DNA of 63,068 nt, filler included, from 11 parts of 11 records of this genome joined end to end with filler, not necessarily neighbours in it; one strand, 5' to 3'; shown: positions 1 to 11,931, counted from the first letter of the whole stretch. Numbers and translations are program-made. The notes: generated from the letters alone by a model not told the origin.

Positions 1-110
1 AATGGTACAATTTTCCAGTACAGACTGCGCAAAACTTGAAAAGCAAAATACCCCGGCGCTTGAATTTGCATGAAACAGTAGGAAAATCGAGAGGGCGGGA
101 CCAAAAAGAG

Positions 111-183
111 GTCGCCGCGTTTCGTCTCCATACGTTTGACTGGGGTGGTCGCCGCGTTTCGTCCCCATACGTTTGACTGGGTG
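111..183. repeat. Tandem duplication of about 37 bp just upstream of the first ATG
   Basis: gtcgccgcgtttcgtctccatacgtttgactggggtg followed by gtcgccgcgtttcgtccccatacgtttgactgggtg. Confidence 0.9.
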
Positions 184-186
184 GTG

Positions 187-1882
187 ATGGTGCTGGTGGC
201 GCGGCAGTCGGGGACGCAGAAGGCCCTGGCGCAGTCGATGACCAAGGCGGTGATCAGCGAAGACTACGCGGCGCTGAAGAGGCACGTGGACGCCGAGGAC
301 GACCTCGAGCTCTGCGAAGGGTCGGGGTGGACGCCGTTGCTCCTGGCCGCGTGGTACGGCCAGACCGACATGCTGAAGCTGCTGATCGACGCCGGGGCGT
401 CAGTGCTGGCGGTGGATCGCAATGGCTGGAACGCCTACCATCATGCGTGCTTCGGCGGGCACATCGAGTGCGTAGAGCTCCTGCTGGAAAACGATGTGGA
501 CGTGGCTGCACTCCAGTCGGACGGCAAGACCGGCCGCGACATGGCGATCAGCGAAAAGCACGAGAAGCTCGTCGAGGTTCTGATCGAGCACGGTGTGCCA
601 GAGCGCGACAAGCCGCCGGAGCAGCCGAAGGCTACGAACGGCTCGTCCCGGGCGCCGAAGAAGCGAAAGCGCATCGAAGACGATGGCCCCAAGGGCCCGA
701 AGCGCGCACTGTCCGCATACATGTTCTTTGCACGGGACCGACGCGTCGCGCTGATACAAGAGCAGCCAGAGCTCAGGTGCGTTTGTGTTGCCTGACGTCG
801 CAGCTGACCCATAGCGACCCTAACTGATCGGTTGTCGCGCACACACGCGCAGTGGCTCCGTCACAGACATCGCCAAGGCCCTCGGCGCGCTCTGGCGGGC
901 TGCAACGCCGGCCGACAAAGCTGCGTTCATAGCGCAGGCAGAGGAGGACAAACTCCGCTACCAACGCGAGGTCGATGCGCTGCCCCCTGAGCTGCGACCT
1001 CAAACCAAAGCGCAAAAGAAGAAAGAGCTGGCGGAGCAGAAGCGGCAGGAGAAGCTGCAAAAGAAGTCACAGAAGGAGAAGCCCGCGCCGAAAAAGCGCA
1101 AAGGGAAGCAGCCGACACAACGAAGCAAGCCCAAGCCTCCCAGTGGGCCAGCTAAGCCAAAGGGTGGCCTGACAGCCTACATGTTCTTCGTGAAAGCCAA
1201 ACGTGCCTCCCTGATCGCGGATAACCCGGAGCTGGCGACATCGGTGACTGAAGCCGCTAAGGCCACAGGGGCCCTGTGGCGAGCGCTTACCGACCAAGAG
1301 AAAGAGCCCTATCTTGCTCTCGCTGAAGCGGACAAGGCACGGCACGCGAGAGAAATGAAAACATATCTGGCCAGCACACAGGGACGTACAGCTAGTGTCA
1401 GCGGCGGCCGCTCAGCCAGCGTCAGCGGTGGCCGCTCAGCCAGCGTAAGCGGCGGCAGTGGACCGCCGCGACGGGTGGTGAACCGTGGTGCTGACTCCCC
1501 GCCAGCAGCCGAGGATCAAGTTGTCTCAAGAACAAGAAGGAAACGGTAACTGGCGCCCACCGCATCTTCCGCCGTTCACGGCTCCTGTGCTAACTGCACG
1601 ATTGCGCCGCATGTGCTGCTTGCAAATTCCCCTTGTACGTTGTTGTGCATTAGTCCGGCGGCGGTTGAAGAGGAGCCGAACTGGATTTACAGCAGCCGCA
1701 CGTCTGGGTTGGCATCCGGGGCGCTGGCGCTGGCGCGCGCTAGCGGCTTGAGCAAAAGGGCATCTGCTAAAGATGTCAGGCGGCTGGCGCGGCGGCCCAC
1801 CGCAGCGCCCCCAAAGGCGCAGACTTCGACTCGGCGAACCCGAAAGCGTTCCGCTGCCCTACCTACTACCGGCGTCGTGTGA
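187..1882 (+). CDS. Ankyrin-repeat protein with two HMG boxes (3 exons)
   Basis: Ankyrin repeats GWTPLLLAAWYG and GWNAYHHACFGGH. HMG box 1 (PKRALSAYMFF...IAKALGALW) is restored by intron 777-852; HMG box 2 is PKGGLTAYMFF...GALWRALTDQEKEPY. A probable intron at about 1546-1653 leads to the last exon. Confidence 0.8.
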
Positions 1883-1960
1883 CTCTATTGTGTCTGAACG
1901 AAATCCAATGAATTCGATTTCAGCTGTTGCAATTGCGACCACTTCGCCATCGTTTCTGTT

Positions 1961-4063
1961 CTAAGTCGGTTTCTTGCTAGCTTTTGGATCCCCGTGTTGT
2001 GCGTCCATAGCACCAAGCTCACGCTCGATGTTCTTCAAGCGAGCCACCAAACCTGCAGCAACCACATGAGGATGATAGCGCGCCACCACGTCCAGTCGCG
2101 CTTGTACACCACGCTTCGCTGCGGAGCCAGGATAGCGCACAGCACTGCGCATCAGTCGCATCAGCTGGTCAACGTCAGGTTCTACCTGCTCAAGCACAAC
2201 GGACATCGCGCTTGTATTAATGCTGAAAGCCAAGATAGACGAAATGTGAGCCGCATTGTTTCCCAGTGCAAAACAGTCAAACATCCGGGCAGGCAGCAGT
2301 ACCGACCTTGCCGTCGGCGTGGGTTTTCGTAAAGCCAAGGGGGAGAGAGTTCTTCCGTGTCAGATACTCAGTGGTGCCAGATGCGTTGGTGAGGATCACT
2401 GGTAGTGCCATCGACATAGCCTCCATTGCTGGCAAGCACCAACCTTCTCCACGGGTTGGAAGCACAAACGCATCAGATGCTGCGTAGAGCCAGCGCAACT
2501 CTTCCCGCGACAACTCCCGCTGGACCACCTCCACCTGCAGCGCATCGAAATGACTGAACGCCGGCCAAATGCAGCAATGGACGACAGCAGTGTGCAACGT
2601 TCAGACTATCAAGATACGGAGGTGCACTGCGGACCGGAGGAAGTTTTTCCAACGTCGTGCCACGCTGCGTAGCTGCTACTTTTAACCAGTCAATGATTTG
2701 CTCGTGCCCAGCCTCCCAGTGTGGCTTGAACGTGCGGAGTCGCAGCACTACTGGGTCGTTTACCGAAAACTCTCCCCAATACGCATTTAGCAGCACGTCC
2801 CAGCCCTTTCGCCACTCCCACTTGAACACTGAGAGAAACGCGTAACGCCGCTTCTCAGGCTTAGCCTCCACGGTGGACCAGGCATCTGTGCTAGAACTAC
2901 GACTTTCTCGATATGGGTCGAGCGGAAGTAGTCCTGAAACAGCAGCACTACGCCAGGACGGCAGCAACGCTGCGAGGCCGTTCCGAGCTTTGGGCAGCTT
3001 GCGCCACATCGGTGGAGGCTGCAGCCATCGTCGGCAATAGGAAGTACTACTCTGCTCCCCAGTGTAACTGCCGCGCGGGAGCTCAGCTGCCGCGTCGTCC
3101 ACCTCTTCATTTGGTAAAGACGTGGTAGCGTTCCTTTGTTCCACCAGCGTGCCGGGGCGGCAAGCAAGCTTCATCAGATCACCTGCATCTGGGTTGAAGA
3201 AATCCACATCGACGCTCTCCGGAATGACTGTTAATCGGGGTTTGGACACGCCAGAGCGCTTGAAGATCCTACTATGATACTTCGTCGGCACCCAGATCTC
3301 ATCCGCACGCTCGTTCGCGCACCTGACCTCTGCCGCTGGCAATATGCCCTCAGACATCGAGCGTGAGATGACATAGCGCGGACGGCCCTTTCTCTTGGCA
3401 CCAGAGAACTGCCTCATCTTGCACGGCTCCGCGTGCTCGATCGCTATCGATTGTGCAGTTTGAGAGACGGTCCGGCCGTTGTCTTCGACCTGTGCTGCGC
3501 GGTACGCTGCCGCTTCGTTGGGCTGCAGCTTGTGCATTAAGAAATGCTCGGGGCAGCGGCCTTGCAGCAAGTGTACCTGCACTCCTAGTTCCAGCAAGAA
3601 CGGAAGGTAGCCACAGACGACCTCTACGAAGAAGCCGCTGAAGCTGTCCACACAGGAGGCCGCGGAACTGTGAGCTGAGAAAGGCAACAGGGCGGCGCGG
3701 CGCAGCAAATGCGATGCGACAGCGTGGACAAACAGCTTCGTACTCGCAGCCGACAGGCACTCGCCACTCAATTTCATGCACCAGCTCGGAACCTCCACAC
3801 CTGCTGACCCTTCTAGCGGACGGTGGCAGGTCCAGGGTGGTAGTACCATTCCGCACGAACTCCGGAGCTGCCACTTGGGTCAGCAGCAGCGACAGCGACA
3901 GCAGTGACAGCCTCAGCGACGGACGCGCCAGCGAATCAGCCGGAGTCGCCCCCCGCCATCCGCCGCCGCCGCCACCACCGCTGCTGCCGCCGCCGCCGCT
4001 GCTGCTGCGCTGCCCGGTGCGCATCGGTGCCCCCACTAGCTCGGACGGCGCTGCTCGCTGCAT
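1961..4063 (-). CDS. GT-B glycosyltransferase (GT4-like), N-terminal membrane anchor, 4 exons
   Basis: ADEIWVPT, VIPESVDVDFF, FLSVFKWEWRKGWDVLL, DAFVLPTRGEGWCLPAMEAMSMALPVI. Intron 3743-3644 gives VPVGCDFSGFF; two further GT..AG introns near 2634-2536 and 2300-2190. Confidence 0.85.
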
Positions 4064-4222
4064 CGCTGCGTCGACATCGATTTGCCTCAGCGACGCGCCG
4101 CCGCCGGTCCGGCCGGTGCACGGCCGGGAGCAATGCTCTCATGTACATGAGACGAATATCCATGTCTTCTCCCAACGGCCGGCAGGGAGGGGTCGCGCGG
4201 GCCGGGCCGGCGCCAGCGCGCG

Positions 4223-6688
4223 ATGCCACTGGTGTGGCAGCCGCTCGCGCTCGCCATTGGCATTGCGCTGCTGCTGCGCTCAGCCGATGCTGCCGCCGCG
4301 TTCTTCTCCGTCGGCACTGAGCAGCTGCGGTTTTCGGTGAGCAACACGACACAGGCCCGCTGGGGGTGCCTCAGAGCGATCCACGTCGCTGGCGACCCAC
4401 GGCCCACCGAGAACGGCGTGCTGCGTGGCGGCGACGTGGGCACACCGCTGTGGCGGCTGACGGCAACCGCCTGCAATGTCAGCTTTCCCGCAGCTACACT
4501 GGCACTCGACAGCTGCACCGTTGCGTGTGCCCGCAAATACCTCGTCTCGCAAACGGCGACGGTGGCACACATGCGGTGGGAACAGTGCACGGCTGCAGAC
4601 GGCTACAGTCTGCCCAATGCTGTGGGTCGACTTGCTACAATTGACGTCGACGTGACGGTGGCCGTGGTCGGCAGGACATCGACGTGGACAGGAACGATCG
4701 GCAAACAGCACGCCGCTGGCGTGTGCTTGCAGTCCTTCGCACTGCCGTCCATGGAGTCGCTGCGTTTCACACCCGACCAGGAAGAGCTCTTTGTCCCCTT
4801 TGCGTTCGGTGCAACCGGCAACAGTGCACAGACCAAGTGGGGTGGGTGGGGTCCCGTCTTCCCGGAGATAGCAGGGATGCGGGGAGTCGGTGACCAGACC
4901 GGCGATCTGCAAGAGCTTGTCTGGATGCCAAATGGCTTCGGGCGCACGATGTCTTGGGCTGGTTGGTTCTCTAGCAGTGCCACCTTGCCGAGGCACGACA
5001 ACGTTGGCCTGTACTTGGGAGTGCACGATCCACTTTCGCGGCTGAAAATGCTGCCGGCTGCACCGGACCCGGACCCGTTGAAGGAGTCGGCGAACCTTCG
5101 CGCCGTCCACGTCCCCGAGAACTTCTTCGATGCTTCCACGGAGAGCTTCACCATTCCCTACCAGGTCGTGGTGGCGGCGGTGCATGGTGGCTGGTGGGAG
5201 GCAAGCCAGATGTACCGTGAGTGGGCGCTCGCCGAGGCAGTCTGGACTCGCAAGGGCAATTTGTCGACGCGCACCGATATTCCGGCCTGGGTCTTGCGCG
5301 CGCCACTCTGGCTCAAGCTCGATGGAAACGACCCGAAGGCTGAGTCAACCTTTGAAATTGTCAATGGGTACCGCGAGCTGCTGGGTGGCAATGGCTCTGC
5401 AGTCACGGACATTGGTCTACACTGGTACCGCTGGAACAACGAAGCGTTTGACACGGAGTACCCACACTACTCAGCGAGACCAGGCTTCAAGGAGGCAGTG
5501 GCAAGGTTGCAGACAGCACACGCAGGCATCACCACACGGGTCGTGCCTTACACGAACGGACGTCTTTGGGATACCCTCGGGCCACTGAAAACGGTACCAG
5601 ACAAGGCTGTATGCAAAGCCAGAAACGGCTCTGCGTACGTCGAAAATTACTTTACTCCGGCTTCGTTCAAAGTCATGGACCCATCCTCAGCTTTCATGCA
5701 AGAGGAGTGGTCGACCGTGCTGGCTAACATCTCAACACAATATGGCACGTCTGGCATGTACACTGATCAGATTTCGTGCGCAAACTCTCAGGCCTGCTAC
5801 AACGACAACGCGACCCGCGCGTCAAGCTGGGCGGCGGGCACGCAAACCTTGCTTGCAAGCATGGCGGAGAAGATGGGGCCTAAGGTTCTGATCTCGGAGT
5901 CGATCGATCAAACCATGCTTGGGCAGCTGCACGCGTTCTTGTCGATATATGGGTGGACGTTGCACGTGACAGTCAGCCCGGAAGGGTGGACATGTTCGGG
6001 GTGTGAAGTCAACTTCAATCAGTGCGGAACTGTGCTTGCTTGGCAGGCGATCTATGGTGGTTGGAGTGTGAACGTCGGGGACAACCGTTACTCTGGTCTC
6101 TTCCCGAAGGAGAAGGGGCCTGACGGCAAGCTCCAGTTCAATCACATTGAGGCGGCCAATCATCGCGCCATCAGCGCCCAGCTCTTTGTCGCCGGTGGGG
6201 TGCTGGGATGGGCGGAAATGACAGGAGAACAGTGTGGAGGGTCGCCATGCCCTGCCGGTGGATCGGTCAACTGGTCTAATTTCATTGGCTTGCCAGACGC
6301 TGACATGGCGTACACACGCTTGCTTGCGTCCACGAAGGTAACTGCAAGCAAGTATCTCGTCCATGGGCGCTTGTGGCGACAGCCACAGTGGAAGGCACCG
6401 GTACCATCGATCAACGTCACCGACTACAGCGCGTGCATCTCCTACAACAATTCTAAAGTCTGCCCCTCGTGCCTAACAGCCCAGGTCCTTGCCGAGTGCT
6501 GGCTGGCAGACGACGGCACATTTGCTGTGGTGGCAACCAACCACGCTGATGTGGATTTGACGCTCGATGTGACCGTCGACCTGTCCACTGCGGGAGCGGC
6601 AAGGTCACAGCTAGTCACGATCACGAAGGGAATGCCCCCAAGGTCGGTCCAGGTAGTGGAGCTCGAGCCTCCACCTGCTGTGTTATAG
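4223..6688 (+). CDS. Secreted DUF6259-like putative glycoside hydrolase, intronless
   Basis: 821-aa ORF with signal peptide. Motifs LYLGVHDP, WWEASQMYREWA, HWYRW..FDTEYPHY, PYTNGRLWD and GMYTDQI resemble bacterial DUF6259 proteins (recognised by eye). Confidence 0.7.
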   Translation: MPLVWQPLALAIGIALLLRSADAAAAFFSVGTEQLRFSVSNTTQARWGCLRAIHVAGDPRPTENGVLRGGDVGTPLWRLTATACNVSFPAATLALDSCTVACARKYLVSQTATVAHMRWEQCTAADGYSLPNAVGRLATIDVDVTVAVVGRTSTWTGTIGKQHAAGVCLQSFALPSMESLRFTPDQEELFVPFAFGATGNSAQTKWGGWGPVFPEIAGMRGVGDQTGDLQELVWMPNGFGRTMSWAGWFSSSATLPRHDNVGLYLGVHDPLSRLKMLPAAPDPDPLKESANLRAVHVPENFFDASTESFTIPYQVVVAAVHGGWWEASQMYREWALAEAVWTRKGNLSTRTDIPAWVLRAPLWLKLDGNDPKAESTFEIVNGYRELLGGNGSAVTDIGLHWYRWNNEAFDTEYPHYSARPGFKEAVARLQTAHAGITTRVVPYTNGRLWDTLGPLKTVPDKAVCKARNGSAYVENYFTPASFKVMDPSSAFMQEEWSTVLANISTQYGTSGMYTDQISCANSQACYNDNATRASSWAAGTQTLLASMAEKMGPKVLISESIDQTMLGQLHAFLSIYGWTLHVTVSPEGWTCSGCEVNFNQCGTVLAWQAIYGGWSVNVGDNRYSGLFPKEKGPDGKLQFNHIEAANHRAISAQLFVAGGVLGWAEMTGEQCGGSPCPAGGSVNWSNFIGLPDADMAYTRLLASTKVTASKYLVHGRLWRQPQWKAPVPSINVTDYSACISYNNSKVCPSCLTAQVLAECWLADDGTFAVVATNHADVDLTLDVTVDLSTAGAARSQLVTITKGMPPRSVQVVELEPPPAVL

Positions 6689-7659
6689 TAGGCCTCTAAG
6701 CTAGTGGCGCAAATGAATTCATGACATTCGTTGTGGTGCAGATGCCCGGGCATACCATGAGCAATGGATATCGCCCCACCGATATATCGGGATTATTTCT
6801 ACAGCTTAGAGTTTTCCTGTTACTGTGGCAAACTCATATTAGGAATTGCCTGTAGCCATGCACCGAGCGTTGAGATCTCATATTAGGGACATTCGATCTA
6901 AACCACAATTTGTCACACGGCTTCGCCCCTACAAGTACACTGGCTGCAAGCAACGGTAGTGGGGAGCAGCCTATGAGGCACATGGACCAATGGCAGGGAG
7001 ACTTCATCGATAGGGACGTGTATGTACGGGACCGCGTGCAGTCGCAGTGCGCCCGAGTTAAACACGGGTTCTTGTGTGGAAGCCCCCACGCCTATGATCA
7101 CCGAGGAAACTTGCCAGAGCGGGACCGGGCACTAGGGGCCCGATGGTAGGACTGTCGCGCCCGGATGAACGCGACGCAGTTGTTGCTTCACGACGAGAAG
7201 CAAGCCGCGCGAGGAGGCTTCACGATTGTCGATCTTGTGCAGATGGTGTGCCGTCTGTATCGTGACGGAGTGGGAGGCATCAGCAAAATACAAAGGCGGA
7301 AACATTGTTCGCGCCGCAACACCTTCCTTTCCCTCGCTCTACCGTGTCCTTCTGTCCCTCTGTCCCCGTTACCGTCTTCGATTCGGTCTCCCTGGGCGGG
7401 TAGCTGACTTCTCAGGCACTGTCCTCCTCCACGGCCTCATCCATCTCGTCGGCTGCGTCTGTCGCCGCTGCCGCAGCGGCCTCATCAGCCGGCGTGGCCT
7501 GCCCAACGACTTCGCCCTACAAAGCGAGTACACGAGTGGTAAGGTGAGGAGGCGGAACCGGGCGCTAAAGCAAGGCTGAGCAGAGCGCGGACGGCAGCAT
7601 CGGCTATGTCTTGGGTAACATCATATCCGCGCTCCAACTGGGGAGTCGAAGCGCGGCGA

Positions 7660-7924
7660 TCAAGACTCTTCCTATCAAGGTTGTAGTCATCATGTGCGGC
7701 AGGGCAGTTCGGCGCAAGGCGATCCCGCGGGATGGCACGCACATCCTGCAGCAGCATGTTCGGAATCGAGTCGTTGATCGGGTAGCGCCTGCCTGTCTGG
7801 CTCACCAGCTCGCCCTCTATCACATGCGTGTCGATGATGCACGAGTGCAGCACTTGCAGGAACTCCTCATTCTCTGCTGCATCCGCCGGCACTTCGTCCG
7901 GCAGCCCCTCGTATCCAACGTCGC
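7660..7924 (-). CDS. TRM112: Trm112 methyltransferase activator, 3' part (cut by contig end)
   Basis: EEFLQVLHSCIIDTHVIEGELVSQTGRRYPINDSIPNMLLQD, then intron 7742-7672 and last exon EES-stop. Confidence 0.9.
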
Positions 7925-8024
7925 NNNNNNNNNNNNNNNNNNNNNNNNNNNNNNNNNNNNNNNNNNNNTTAATTAATTAANNNNNNNNNNNNNNNNNNNN
8001 NNNNNNNNNNNNNNNNNNNNNNNN
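7925..8024. other. Artificial contig spacer
   Basis: 100 nt: N-run, TTAATTAATTAA (stops in six frames), N-run. Identical spacers at 11832-11931, 19346-19445, 25300-25399, 33288-33387, 38599-38698, 43076-43175, 49713-49812, 55148-55247 and 59157-59256. Confidence 0.99.
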
Positions 8025-8151
8025 ACGCGTGCACGCCTGACCCTGGTACCCCTTGCAGTGCATGTAAGTATACATACATCTATTCTCCCGTGGGCGGCGG
8101 GCCGCGGTGGCGGCGCGCGCGGCCGCGGGCGCACTGGCAGTGGGTGTGCCG

Positions 8152-10121
8152 ATGCTTCGCTCCATGCCCGCCTTCGCGCTTGCTCTGCAGGGCACGATGG
8201 TGGTCGCCCAGCAGACCGCCGGCTCTGGATCTGGCAGGGCGAAGCCGCCGCAGCCGCATATGGTATTCTTTTTAGTGGACGATTATGGATTCGGTGATGT
8301 GGGCTATCATGCTGACATGTACGGTCGGGATCCGTCGCCGTCACAGTGGAATGAAACCGGTGGTGCGAATCGCATGCGTACGCCCAACCTCGATAGACTA
8401 TCAGGTGAGGGGGTGCGGCTAGAGAATTACTACATCCAACCGGTGTGCTCGCCAACGCGAGCGACGCTGCTCACTGGACGCTACGTCTTTCACCACGGGG
8501 TCCATGTGCCGTTCATCGACTCGTCGCGCAGCACGCTGCCGCTAAACGAGACCACACTGGCAGAGCGACTACGTTCTGCAAACTACGCAACGCACGCGGT
8601 GGGGAAGTGGCACGTAAGAGCGTTGTCGCGCACCTGCGTGTTTGCTGAGTGCGCCCAGCGTATCGTTTCTGACTGTTCATCGCGTGGTGTACGTTGCTGG
8701 CTGGATGCATGCACATGCAGCTTGGGTTCCGCACGACAAAGCACACGCCAACTGAGCGTGGGTTTGATTCATACTACGGTTACTACGCTGGATCGCAAGA
8801 TTACTTTAACCACCAGAGCCTTTGCTGGTCGGGAAAGGTCGCCAACGGCTGCTTTGAAAACACCACGAGCACCGGAGAGCCAGTAACGGGCCTGGATCTT
8901 CACAATGGTACCAGTGTCGCCAACTCATCCGAATATTCCACAACGCTATACACCGCTGAGGCGACACGCATCCTCGCCGCCCACGCTGCAGCACACGCCC
9001 TCGGCCCGGCCGACGCCGATGGGCGTGTTGCAATGAAGAAAAGCATCTTCCTCTACTTGCCACACCAGGCCGTCCATGTGGGCAATATTCCAGAGGAAAC
9101 ACATCCAGAATATGCCGAGGACCAAGCCCCACGAAAGTACATCGAACCGTTCCTCCATATTGCGGATGAGCAGCGCCGCAACCTCTCAGCAATGGTGTAT
9201 GCAATGGATGAGGCCTGCGGGAACATCACTGACTCACTTAAGGACTACGGTTTCTGGCAGGATACGATTTTCATCATGTCCACGGACAATGGTGGTGAGG
9301 AAACCAGCAGGCAGTCCACCCGTTCCAGTAGTCCCGTTTCAACCCAATCTCTCAGCTGATGTGGTTGTGTTAGGTCCGACAAACAAGCGTGCTTCGAATT
9401 GGCCGCTGAAAGGTGGCAAAGGCTCACTGTGGCAAGGTGGCGTTCGCGGAATCGGATTCATCGCTGGTGGCGATCTCGCGTCCTTTGGCTTCATGGGGCT
9501 GCCACGTGTTTCACACTCGCTTATCCATATCTGTGGGTACACTCTACTCCTTCCCCCCTCTCTCAGCACTCGGAGCTCTGCAGCGTACTGGAGCATACTG
9601 AGCGTTCTGTGTGCGTGTGGATGCGTCGCGAAGCCGATTGGAACCCAACACTCTGCGATTTTGCTGGAGGATGCCCGATGCCATCAGCTCAGCCACTAGA
9701 CGGTCTGTCAGCCTGGGGCGCGTTGACGCAGAGCACAAGCAATGCGTCCAACCGTACTGAGATATATCACGATCTCTGCCTCGCCTGGATGGGTGGAAGC
9801 TGCCTCGAGCATCTCGACCAGCAAGGTGGTCCGTATGTGCCACATGCGATCTTCAGTTCTCTGATGCGCGGCGATTGGAAGATCGTTGTCGGCCAGAACA
9901 AAAACAACTATACCGCAAACTTATTCAACATCAAGGAAGACCCCAGCGAGAGCAATGACCTGTCTTCGACAAAGGTGGGAAGAGCTAAAGTCACAGAGCT
10001 AACGGCAGCTATCATGGAGATGTCGAAAGGAGCAGGTATGGCGCACGACCGCGACCCGATTGACCCTAAATCTAATCCGGAGCTTCATGGTGGCGCCTGG
10101 GTCCCGTGGGATGAGGTCTAA
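8152..10121 (+). CDS. Secreted formylglycine-dependent arylsulfatase (ARSB-like, S1 family), 4 exons
   Basis: FFLVDDYG, CSPTRATLLTGRY (CxPxR), GKWH|LG, STDNGG, SNWPLKGGKGSLWQGGVRG, HISDW. Three GT..AG introns restore the frame. Confidence 0.92.
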
Positions 10122-10350
10122 CTCACACAAAAATGTATTTTCAACAACGAACTTCATTCGATCACTTCCTTCCTAGGTGGTGGTGCAATTCACAGCCGCA
10201 CGGCACCCCTCTGCGGTGGTTGGAGGCGCTGCACCGCATTATCTCGTGTGATCAACGAAGGTGTGTGCCCCTTCCAGTAGAACTTCAACCAGTTGTCCTG
10301 CACCGGCCAGCGCTCGTAGATCTTGGCACGACCACGCCCCATCGAATGCA

Positions 10351-11700
10351 CTACACACCGAGGCATTTTGAACTCGAACCTCCAGTGGGGTGGAAGAGCT
10401 GGACGGTTACTGGTGCATTGTACTTGGGTCCGCAGAGGCTGCAGTAGCGGTGTGTGGTGGGGTCGTCGGGAACGTCCTTGCATGGCTGCTGGGCGTGCAC
10501 GGCCGTCCCCGGAATGCCACAGTCGCACCGAGCTCTGCACCAATTGCCAAACCCTGCGGACCAGTCGATCGAACGGTTCCCGTCGTGGACCCAATTCCGA
10601 TGGAACTCGCCCTCTGCACAGCTGCCCAGGGTCAGTAACTCGTGAGTAGGGCAGACCCGGTGGGCGTTCCCAGGGCTAAAGCATGGCTCGTATCGCGGCA
10701 ACGTTTTCGGCACGGCGTTAGAAAATGCTGTCGTGAGCCGCACGTATTCTTCGATCGCGGAGGGGTCGGCCCAGATGCTGGGCGGCATGCGGGGCGCGGC
10801 GTTCACTTCGCCGCAGCATCCGCCAGGCTTGTTGGTGAATGAGAAGATGCACGACTTGTTGTTGCACGCCCTTAAAATGTTTTGCTGGTCGTACGGGGTC
10901 GCACGCGGATGATCCGGCGGAGGAATCGGGTTTGCGCCTGGTGGCACGAGCAGACCGTCGATGATGTACACCACACCGTTGGATGCGTTGACCGGTGGAT
11001 GCGTTGACCGGCCTGTCAGTTTAATGTCTCCGGGCGGAATGCCCGGGCGGGATCCCGATCTGGGCGGCGGATTTCCGATATAGGTGCCGTCTATCTGCCA
11101 GTCGCCATGTGAATCGAAGCGAACCGCTTCAAGCGGATCACCATCAAGCGTCTTGACCTGTAGTCCGTTGGTCAGGTCCTCTGGGTAGTAAATTCCCTTC
11201 ACGATATGAAACCCGAGTAGCTTCTGCACGTCGGTTGAATTTGTGGGTTCGAGGAGGCTGGCAGCGTAGGGATATGGGAGGGAGGCGAAGACGTCATTTG
11301 TCGGGGCGAAGACGGTGTAAGGTCCACGGTCCGACAGCGTCTTGGTGAGCTCTGCGCTCTTGAGCAGCGTGGCGAGGAACGTGAGCGTGCTGACCGACTC
11401 AGCGAGCTCGACGATGTTCTGCGTTCCAGGAGTTGGTGGTGGCGTCGGGCCACCGCAGACCTGGTCGCACTCGGCCTTCGGCAGTCCTCTGGAGCTGACC
11501 ACGCACTGACCCTCCCGGCACGTGTAGTTCGCTGTGGGCAGAGGCGTGCAGACAGCCTCGCACTCGGCCAGTGGCAGCCCTCTGTTGTTGACCACGCACT
11601 GACCGCTCTGGCATACGTACAACTGCGGCGCGCCCTCCCACGGCACGGCGACGACAGCGAGGGCCAGCTGCAGGCACGCCAGCGTGGTGTATCCCCACAT
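10351..11700 (-). CDS. Secreted fasciclin (FAS1) protein with Cys-rich modules
   Basis: Signal peptide; FAS1 motifs GPYTVFAPTNDVF, LLGFHIV and NGVVYIIDGLLVP; two N-terminal Cys repeats; Cys-rich C-terminal domain. Confidence 0.85.
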   Translation of the reverse strand: MWGYTTLACLQLALAVVAVPWEGAPQLYVCQSGQCVVNNRGLPLAECEAVCTPLPTANYTCREGQCVVSSRGLPKAECDQVCGGPTPPPTPGTQNIVELAESVSTLTFLATLLKSAELTKTLSDRGPYTVFAPTNDVFASLPYPYAASLLEPTNSTDVQKLLGFHIVKGIYYPEDLTNGLQVKTLDGDPLEAVRFDSHGDWQIDGTYIGNPPPRSGSRPGIPPGDIKLTGRSTHPPVNASNGVVYIIDGLLVPPGANPIPPPDHPRATPYDQQNILRACNNKSCIFSFTNKPGGCCGEVNAAPRMPPSIWADPSAIEEYVRLTTAFSNAVPKTLPRYEPCFSPGNAHRVCPTHELLTLGSCAEGEFHRNWVHDGNRSIDWSAGFGNWCRARCDCGIPGTAVHAQQPCKDVPDDPTTHRYCSLCGPKYNAPVTVQLFHPTGGSSSKCLGV

Positions 11701-11773
11701 CGCCTTCGTCTCCCGCCCACCTGCCTCCCCCTTCCTCTCGATCAGCTAGAGACGTAGCGCGTAGCGCGTAACG

Positions 11774-11812
11774 GTAACCAAATTGATCGCGTGCGTAACC
11801 AAATTGATCGCG
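11774..11812. repeat. Direct repeat gtaaccaaattgatcgcg x2 upstream of the fasciclin gene
   Basis: Exact 18-bp copies at 11774-11791 and 11795-11812. Confidence 0.9.
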
Positions 11813-11931
11813 CACCCAACGAGTTAACGGGNNNNNNNNNNNNNNNNNNNNNNNNNNNNNNNNNNNNNNNNNNNNTTAATTAATTAANNNNNNNNNNNNN
11901 NNNNNNNNNNNNNNNNNNNNNNNNNNNNNNN

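Noticed and set aside
3644-3760. Apparent GC-type donor (GCGAGT) in the GT4 gene
   Set aside because: A canonical GA|GTACG donor gives the correct phase.
6910-7579. Short + strand ORFs as a gene
   Set aside because: No recognisable motifs and no consistent splice model; possibly a decayed fragment.
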